32,000 nt of DNA from Edaphobacter aggregans (lineage in GTDB: Bacteria; Acidobacteriota; Terriglobia; Terriglobales; Acidobacteriaceae): positions 2,130,001 to 2,162,000 of the forward strand of contig NZ_RSDW01000001.1 of the NCBI RefSeq assembly GCF_003945235.1, read 5' to 3'. The notes beneath the pieces are model-generated. The model made no database searches, was not told the DNA's origin, and saw only the letters and a list, made by a program, of their open reading frames with translations. The translations under genes and the position numbers were made by a program. This document shows, in pieces, positions 25,792-32,000 of the stretch (position 1 is its first letter; every line of letters begins with the position of its first letter).

Positions 25792-27384
25792 TCAGGGCTT
25801 AGGCTTCCCCCAGACCGAATCGAGAAACAGATACCGCGCCCGATAAGGATCAGGTCTCGCCTCCGGATTGGCATTCAAATACATCACTTGCCATTCGGTC
25901 GGCCCCGTCGTCGGCCACTTCGGCAGCCCCGGCCCATTCGGATCGCCACTCCGCGCAAAGTTCGTCCAATACTGCCCGATCATCTCCGACAGCTTCCGAT
26001 CCTCCGGCCGCCAAACCGCCTCAGGCCGCGAGTCCAGCGTGCCAAACACATACTCAATGTCATCCGAGTGAAACGCCCCCAGCATCGCCGAATGATTCTT
26101 ATCCCCCGGCGACCCCAGGTTGAAAAAGTAGCGATACGTCGGCGAATTCCCTGTCCTCACATGCGCCTCAATCCACCGCCACGTCGAGTAAGCAATAAAG
26201 TTATCCCCGCCGAAATCCCCAGCCGAAGTCTTCGCCTCCTCATCCGTCGTCCCCGGATAGACCGCCAGAAACTCCTGCGCCCGATCCCCAAACGTCTTCT
26301 GCGCCTGCGCAGCAAAACTCTCGACACTCACCGGCGGCTTCGCAAACAAAGCCTCCCCCCGCCCTTCATCCGCGTTCCAACCCGCCAGCAGCGGCACATG
26401 CGCCTGCTTCCCCGCCGCAAAGATATTCGGCACCGAGTCCGGCAAAAAATACCCATCCACATCAGGCCCAAACCGCGGATGCGGCGGAGCCGTCTTCGCC
26501 GTCGCAGCCTTCACCAAATCGTCAGCCGAGATCTTCCGCAACTCTGCCAGCTTCGTCGTCCCAAACACAGCCTGCGCAAACTGACTCCAGTGCTCCTCCG
26601 CCACCTCGCGAGTGGGATAGGTAATCCCACTGCTATGAAACGCCCCGCCGCTCTCCCCAATCGCCTTCGAGATCAAGTCCTTCGACAGCGGCGAAGCCAT
26701 CAACGAACTCACCGAAAACGACCCCGCCGACTCGCCAAAGATCGTAATATTCTTGGGATCCCCACCAAACGCAGCAATATTGCTCTTGACCCACGCAAGC
26801 GCAGCCGCCTGATCCATCAGCCCATAGTTCCCCGACGCATGATGCGGCGACTCCGCCGTAAGCTCCGGATGCGCAAAAAATCCAAAGATCCCCATCCGAT
26901 AGTTCATCGACACCACAACAACATCCCGATGCGCAAGAAACTGCCCATCCTGCCGATTCTCTGACGTGCTGCCGCTCACAAACCCGCCGCCATAAACCCA
27001 CACCATCACCGGCAGCGACCCCTTCTTAGCACCAAGCGGAGCCCACACATTCAGCGTCAGGCAGTCCTCGCTCTGGCCCGGATCGTGGAACATCATATCC
27101 GGATACCCCGAAGACTGAACGCACCGCGAGCCAAATTCCTTCGCCGACCGCACACCCTTCCACTTAGCCGCAGGCTGCGGAGGCTGCCACCGCAACTGCC
27201 CCACCGGAGGCGCCGCAAACGGAACTCCCTTGAACGCCACAACCTTGCCGTCGGCAGTAAGCGCGCCGTCGACCTTGCCCTTGTCCGTCTTCACCTGAAC
27301 AGGATTGGCAGCATACGTAGGCATAGCAACGACCAGCAGCGCCGCGACCAGCGCCGCAGAAATTCTCCCAGCAAATAAAGGCAT
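25792..27384 (-). CDS. Secreted type-B carboxylesterase / lipase (para-nitrobenzyl esterase-like)
   Basis: Signal peptide MPLFAGRISAALVAALLVVAMPTYA (ATG 27384, GGAGAA 4 nt upstream). Oxyanion region VWVYGGGFVSG, nucleophile elbow FGESAGS, and EDCLTLNVW. Confidence 0.85.
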   Translation of the reverse strand: MPLFAGRISAALVAALLVVAMPTYAANPVQVKTDKGKVDGALTADGKVVAFKGVPFAAPPVGQLRWQPPQPAAKWKGVRSAKEFGSRCVQSSGYPDMMFHDPGQSEDCLTLNVWAPLGAKKGSLPVMVWVYGGGFVSGSTSENRQDGQFLAHRDVVVVSMNYRMGIFGFFAHPELTAESPHHASGNYGLMDQAAALAWVKSNIAAFGGDPKNITIFGESAGSFSVSSLMASPLSKDLISKAIGESGGAFHSSGITYPTREVAEEHWSQFAQAVFGTTKLAELRKISADDLVKAATAKTAPPHPRFGPDVDGYFLPDSVPNIFAAGKQAHVPLLAGWNADEGRGEALFAKPPVSVESFAAQAQKTFGDRAQEFLAVYPGTTDEEAKTSAGDFGGDNFIAYSTWRWIEAHVRTGNSPTYRYFFNLGSPGDKNHSAMLGAFHSDDIEYVFGTLDSRPEAVWRPEDRKLSEMIGQYWTNFARSGDPNGPGLPKWPTTGPTEWQVMYLNANPEARPDPYRARYLFLDSVWGKPKP

Positions 27385-27430
27385 CGTTTTCTCCGCTGCC
27401 CAACTTAGCACACGTACACAAAACCAGTCG

Positions 27431-30400
27431 CTACTTGATATCCCGCCAGTTCTTCCCTACCCCAACCTCAGCCACAATCGGCACACTGAACTCCGCCACA
27501 TGCTCCATCTCATGCCGGACAATCCTCTCGAGCTCGCCCGACTCCTCCGGCACAACATCAAACAGCAGCTCGTCATGCACCTGCAGCGTCATCCGCGACC
27601 GCATCTTCCGCTCGCGAATCACCTGATCGATCCTCAACATCGCCAGCTTAATCAAATCCGCCGCCGTCCCCTGCAGCGGAGTATTCACCGCCGTCCGCTC
27701 CGCAAACCCACGCATATTCGGATTGCGCGACTGAATATCCGGAATCGGTCTCACCCTCCCAAAGTAGGTCCGCACCGCCTGTTCCTTCCGCACCGTCTCC
27801 AGCGTCTCCTCGATAAACCGCTGCACGCCCTTGTACCTATCGAAGTAACGCTCAATATACTCACGAGCCGTTCGCTGATCGATCCCCAACTGCGCCGCCA
27901 GACCAAACGGCGAGATCCCATACACAATCCCGAAGTTCACCGCCTTCGCCCGATTCCTCGTCTCCTTATCCATCGTCGCGGCATCCACCTCGAACACCTC
28001 GCTCGCCGTCAGCGTATGAATGTCCTTGCCCGTCCTGTACGCATCCAGCAACAACGGATCCTGCGAAAAGTGCGCCATCAGCCGCAGCTCAATCTGCGAG
28101 TAGTCCGCCGACATCAGCACATTCCCCTGCGCCGCAATAAACGCCGCCCGAATCTCCCGCCCAACCGCCGTACGTACCGGAATATTCTGCAAATTCGGAT
28201 TCGTACTCGAAAGGCGCCCCGTCGCCGTCCCCACCTGATTGAACGTCGTATGAATACGCCCCTCAGAATCCGCCAGCGCCGGAAGCTGATCGAGATAAGT
28301 AGACTTCAACTTCTGCAACTGCCGATGCTCAATCACCAGCGCAGCAATCGGATGATTCTCCGCCAACTCTTCCAGCACATCCTGCGCGGTCGAAACCACC
28401 TTGCCCTTGCCATACTTCATCGGCTTCGGCAGCAGCATCTTGTTGAACAGCACATCGCCCAACTGCTTCGGCGAATTGATGTTGAAGCGATTGCCTGAAT
28501 CCGTGTAAATCCGCTCCGCAAGATTGTCGATCTCCACCGCAAGCCGCGTCGACATCCCCCGCAAAAACTCCGGATCAATCCGCACCCCCGCCTGCTCCAT
28601 CCGCAGCAGCACCGGAACCAGCGGCTTATCGATCGTCTCGTAGACCTCGTGCAACGCGGAGCTTCCCCCTGCGGCAGTGGCAGTCGCCGGAGCCGCAAAC
28701 AACATCTCGGTCGTCATCGCACCGCCAAGCGATGGATCGTCAACAGGAATGTGATGCTCCACCGGCCCCGACTCAGCGATCTGCTCCCCAATCGCAGCCG
28801 CGAGCCTCACGATCGCAGCCGCAGCCTCAGGCAAACGCTTCGGATCTACAGGATTGTCCTTCGTAACCTGATGCACCAGCGCACGGCTCGTGGTCCGCGC
28901 AGCGATATCGGGCAACGTGTGCGATCCATGCGTCGGATTGACCAGATAGCTCAGCAGCATCACATCATCCCGAACACCCTTCAAAGCGACACCATGCGGA
29001 GCAAGAGCGCGAAGGATAGCTTTCAAATCATGGACATCCTTCGGAAGTGCCGCATCGGCAAGCGCCTCCCTCACCCCTGGCGCGTCCAGCGAAACCTCAA
29101 TCGCAGAACCCTCCGAGACCGCCAATCCGAGCCGGTTAGCAAGGTCCTCCGGCAGACTCTGCACCGCCGGCTCAGGAATCAAAGCAGCAGGTGCAGTCCC
29201 AAAGAGAGTCATATTCTCAGCCGGAGGCGGCTCCGGTTCTCCACCCTCATCCGAAGGCTCGGCCGCGGTCTCCTCCGCAATCGCCCGCGCATCCTCAAAA
29301 ATAGCAATCGCCAGCCCTTTCGGTCCTTCCCTCTTCCCTCTTCCCTCTTCCCTGGCTTCCTTGAGAAGTTGGCTAATCTCACTGTCCGAAGGCTTCAGGT
29401 TGTACTCGATGACGGTATTGTCTACCGCAGGAGCAAGTTCCTTCAGCAGCGTCGTAAACTCCAGCTCCGCAAACAGCGCACGACAAGCCGCATTATCCAC
29501 CGGCTGCGTCCGCATCGCCTCCAGCGAGTACTCAATCGGCACACTCGTATGAATCGTCACCAACTCTTTCGACAGAAGAATGTTCTCGCGATTGTTCTGC
29601 AGCGACTCTCGATACGTTTTACGCTTCACCTGCTCAGGATGGCTCGTCGCAGCATCCAAAGCAGCCTCCACCGTGCCGAACTGCTGAATCAGTTCAACCG
29701 AACCCTTATCCCCAATCCCCGGAGCCCCGGGAATGTTGTCAACCGAATCCCCCCGCAGCGCCATCACATCCACCACGCGCTCCGGCGGCACCCCCAGCAC
29801 AGCCTCCACGCCCGGAGGATCCAGAATCAAATTGTCCTTCGTCGGATTCAGGATCGACACATCCCGATTGACCAGCTGCATCATATCCTTATCCGAAGAC
29901 ACTACATAAACGTGATGCCCCAGCGCCGCCAGCTTATGGGACAACGTCCCGATCACATCATCGGCCTCAAAACCCTCGTAATACAGAATGGGAATCCGAA
30001 ACGCCTCCAGGGCGCGCCGAATATAAGGCTGCTGCTGAATCAAGTCCGGAGGAGTCTCCGTCCGGTTCGCCTTATACCCGCCATACTCCACCGTCTCAAA
30101 CTGCTGCGTCTTGATATTGAACTTCTGAACATCCTTCAGCTGCGTCGCAAGCTCATTCCGATGCACTGGAGCACCCACGTCATACACCGCCGCCAGATAC
30201 TGCGGAGCAAAGTCCTTCCGCAGCTTGTTGATCATATTGACGAAGACATACGTAGCCGCCGTAGGAATCCCCGTCCGCGTAGACATAGGCCGCTGCCGCT
30301 GCATAGCGTGATAAGCCCGAAAGATAAACGCCATACTATCCAGCAGATAAATAGGAGGCTTAGCCCCGATCGCCGATGAGGTTGCAGATTCGTTCGCCGG

Positions 30401-30433
30401 AGAGGTCTCGGTCTTGTTCGCTGTCTTCGCCAT
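27431..30433 (-). CDS. polA: DNA polymerase I (5' nuclease, degenerate 3'-5' exonuclease-like domain, family A polymerase)
   Basis: 5' nuclease: IYLLDSMAFIFRAYHA and GFEADDVIGT. Polymerase motif A is SADYSQIELRLMAH, motif B is RNRAKAVNFGIVYGIS and motif C is QVHDELLF. Start set at ATG 30433 (MAKTANK...), giving 1000 aa. Confidence 0.92.
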   Translation of the reverse strand: MAKTANKTETSPANESATSSAIGAKPPIYLLDSMAFIFRAYHAMQRQRPMSTRTGIPTAATYVFVNMINKLRKDFAPQYLAAVYDVGAPVHRNELATQLKDVQKFNIKTQQFETVEYGGYKANRTETPPDLIQQQPYIRRALEAFRIPILYYEGFEADDVIGTLSHKLAALGHHVYVVSSDKDMMQLVNRDVSILNPTKDNLILDPPGVEAVLGVPPERVVDVMALRGDSVDNIPGAPGIGDKGSVELIQQFGTVEAALDAATSHPEQVKRKTYRESLQNNRENILLSKELVTIHTSVPIEYSLEAMRTQPVDNAACRALFAELEFTTLLKELAPAVDNTVIEYNLKPSDSEISQLLKEAREEGRGKREGPKGLAIAIFEDARAIAEETAAEPSDEGGEPEPPPAENMTLFGTAPAALIPEPAVQSLPEDLANRLGLAVSEGSAIEVSLDAPGVREALADAALPKDVHDLKAILRALAPHGVALKGVRDDVMLLSYLVNPTHGSHTLPDIAARTTSRALVHQVTKDNPVDPKRLPEAAAAIVRLAAAIGEQIAESGPVEHHIPVDDPSLGGAMTTEMLFAAPATATAAGGSSALHEVYETIDKPLVPVLLRMEQAGVRIDPEFLRGMSTRLAVEIDNLAERIYTDSGNRFNINSPKQLGDVLFNKMLLPKPMKYGKGKVVSTAQDVLEELAENHPIAALVIEHRQLQKLKSTYLDQLPALADSEGRIHTTFNQVGTATGRLSSTNPNLQNIPVRTAVGREIRAAFIAAQGNVLMSADYSQIELRLMAHFSQDPLLLDAYRTGKDIHTLTASEVFEVDAATMDKETRNRAKAVNFGIVYGISPFGLAAQLGIDQRTAREYIERYFDRYKGVQRFIEETLETVRKEQAVRTYFGRVRPIPDIQSRNPNMRGFAERTAVNTPLQGTAADLIKLAMLRIDQVIRERKMRSRMTLQVHDELLFDVVPEESGELERIVRHEMEHVAEFSVPIVAEVGVGKNWRDIK
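29326..29353. repeat. Perfect tandem heptanucleotide repeat (cttccct)x4 inside the polA coding sequence
   Basis: Read directly: cttccct cttccct cttccct cttccct. In minus sense this is AGGGAAG x4, encoding ...REEGRGKRE... in the linker after the 5' nuclease domain. Confidence 0.95.
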
Positions 30434-30575
30434 AAGTCTTTGATGGTATCTCGCCAAAGACGAACCATCCATCGCCTTTTACCACTACTGCCGTCTTGCA
30501 GTTGCTTTTGCCGTTGTCGTTGTCGCTGCTTTTGCTTTTGCCTTTTTGGTTGTCATCCCGTAGGGATCTGCTTCT

Positions 30576-30602
30576 GTCTTTGTCTTTGTCTTTGTCTTTG
30601 TC
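30576..30602. repeat. Tandem hexanucleotide repeat (gtcttt)x4 plus a partial unit
   Basis: Read directly from 30576. It lies 143 bp upstream of the polA start codon. Confidence 0.95.
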
Positions 30603-30644
30603 ATTGCTCATTGCTCATTGCTCATTGCTCATTGCTCATTGCTC
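30603..30644. repeat. Perfect tandem heptanucleotide repeat (attgctc)x6
   Basis: 42 nt read directly, immediately abutting the hexamer repeat, in the queA-polA intergenic region. Confidence 0.95.
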
Positions 30645-30835
30645 TGAGCGTAGTGACCCAACCCGCCAAAAGATTTCCACAAAAATCTTCCAAAAACCTA
30701 GCACGTTTTCAGAACCCAAAAACCAACCACCAACAAACCACACTAACCACACTTTTTACCGCTTACTAACCACGAAAAACCATCAAATTCCGCCCATTTT
30801 TCGGAAAACACCACCCAAAAACCACCTCAAAAAAA

Positions 30836-31936
30836 TCACAGGATCAACATGCAATCCCCATAAGAAAAAAACCGATACCGCTCCCGAACCGCATGCGCAT
30901 AAGCCGCCAAAACCGCCTCCCTGCCCGCAAACGCACTCACCAGCATAAGCAGCGTAGATTGCGGCAGATGAAAGTTAGTCAGCAACCCACTAACAACCCG
31001 AAACCGATATCCCGGACTAATGAAGATGCTGGTCGAACCCGAATGCGCCTCAAGCCGCACACCAGCATGAGGCTCAAACTCAAGCGAATGCTGAGCACAA
31101 TGCTCCAAAGTCCGCGTCGTTGTTGTTCCCGCAGCAATAATGCGTCTCCCCTCTCGCAGCGCAGCATTCACAGCCTCAGCAGTGGCTGCAGGCAACGTGT
31201 AATGCTCCGCATGAAGCCGTATATCTTCAACATTCTCCGCCCGCACAGGCTGAAACGTACCCAGCCCAACATGCAGCGTAATCGTCTCAATCTGCACGCC
31301 ACGCTGACGAAGCTCCGCAAGAATCTCCGGCGTAAAGTGTAGTCCCGCAGTAGGCGCAGCCGCCGAACCCGGCTCATGCGAAAACACCGTCTGATAGCGG
31401 TCTTTGTCCTCCTCACTATCGTCGCGATGAATATAAGGCGGCAGCGGCATGTGCCCAATCTTGTCGAGAATCGCCCGAAAATCCTGCACAGGATTGAACC
31501 GAAGAGTACGCTCGCCAAATTCACCAGCCGCAAGAATCTCCGCCTCCAACAGCGGCTCCGACTCATTCAGCGCGGCGAAATGCAGGCGTTCTCCAGGCTG
31601 AACCTTGCGACTGGGGCGGACAAGCGCAGACCAATCTTCTCCACCAATATGTTCCGTAAGAAGAACTTCGATACGACCAGTCGGATCCGGCGAACTGGGC
31701 TGCGTGTGAAGGCCACGGGCGCGAGTAGCAAAGAGACGAGCAGGAATGACGCGGCTATCGTTGAGGATCAGCAAATCGCCCGAACGAAGCAGGTGAGGCA
31801 GATTGCGGAAGAAATCGTCGCGATATTCGGCGGCCTCGCGGTCAAGGACGAGCATACGGCTGGTGCCACGTACAGGCGGCGGCGACTGGGCGATGAGTTC
31901 ATCAGGAAGGTCGAAATGGAAATCGGCTACACGCAC
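30836..31936 (-). CDS. queA: S-adenosylmethionine:tRNA ribosyltransferase-isomerase
   Basis: [33 protein letters not shown]..., [32 protein letters not shown], and the C-terminal [12 protein letters not shown]. Confidence 0.92.
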   Translation of the reverse strand: MRVADFHFDLPDELIAQSPPPVRGTSRMLVLDREAAEYRDDFFRNLPHLLRSGDLLILNDSRVIPARLFATRARGLHTQPSSPDPTGRIEVLLTEHIGGEDWSALVRPSRKVQPGERLHFAALNESEPLLEAEILAAGEFGERTLRFNPVQDFRAILDKIGHMPLPPYIHRDDSEEDKDRYQTVFSHEPGSAAAPTAGLHFTPEILAELRQRGVQIETITLHVGLGTFQPVRAENVEDIRLHAEHYTLPAATAEAVNAALREGRRIIAAGTTTTRTLEHCAQHSLEFEPHAGVRLEAHSGSTSIFISPGYRFRVVSGLLTNFHLPQSTLLMLVSAFAGREAVLAAYAHAVRERYRFFSYGDCMLIL

Positions 31937-32000
31937 TGTTTGATTCTAGTGTGCAGCGCAGAGGTTACGCTTTGTGGGATTCTGCGAGTTCTACAGCATG

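Noticed and set aside
25888-30379. Three long plus-strand ORFs (25888-26964, 27305-28498, 28649-30379) antisense to the carboxylesterase gene and polA
   Set aside because: All are Arg/Pro/Leu/His/Gln-rich with no motifs, and they mirror genes with strong homology on the minus strand. I treat them as shadow ORFs.
30576-30644. Possible CRISPR array
   Set aside because: The units are 6-7 nt and directly abutting with no spacers. No cas genes are present. These are microsatellites, not CRISPR.
30360-30948. ORFs 30360-30611 (-), 30440-30769 (+) and 30496-30948 (+) encoding DKDKDK, CRCRCR/CLCLCL and LSLSLS tracts
   Set aside because: These are direct translations of the hexamer and heptamer tandem repeats and the A/C-rich tract. 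One overlaps the polA start out of frame, and the heptamer unit would not preserve a reading frame. I treat the region as non-coding repeat DNA.

Overview
Most of this window looks like core chromosome from a high-GC soil bacterium. G+C is roughly 58-60% by eye, not computed. The gene content suggests Acidobacteriota (Terriglobia-like): Ig-like repeat exoproteins, a TIGR02999-type ECF sigma factor and a Tat-exported lactonase. That taxon call is inference only.

I support about 33 CDS. Recognisable housekeeping genes are a class I fumarase (partial), aspA, pgsA, gdhA, trpE, trpG, efp, acyP, apt, a Zn-ADH, glmM, xseA, polA and queA. I saw no rRNA, tRNA, CRISPR array, transposase, integrase or known defence genes.

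I cannot point to a convincing multi-gene novel system. The signals most worth a second look are:
- A 38-bp direct duplication of the fumarase start region brackets a low-GC cassette carrying a DUF695 gene. It leaves a 14-codon fumarase remnant attached to the old upstream region.
- A ~1 kb low-GC patch (5261-6316) holds a 213-aa ORFan and a 397-bp AT-rich spacer.
- Short tandem repeats cluster around polA: a perfect heptamer x4 inside the coding linker, plus heptamer x6, hexamer x4 and a strand-skewed CCAAAAACC tract upstream.
- An Ig-like repeat protein has its last domain interrupted by a sorting-signal-like and lipoprotein-signal-like segment.
- EF-P carries Asn at the loop-tip position that is normally a modified Lys or Arg.

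Many long ORFs in the supplied track are antisense shadow ORFs typical of high-GC DNA, and I rejected them.
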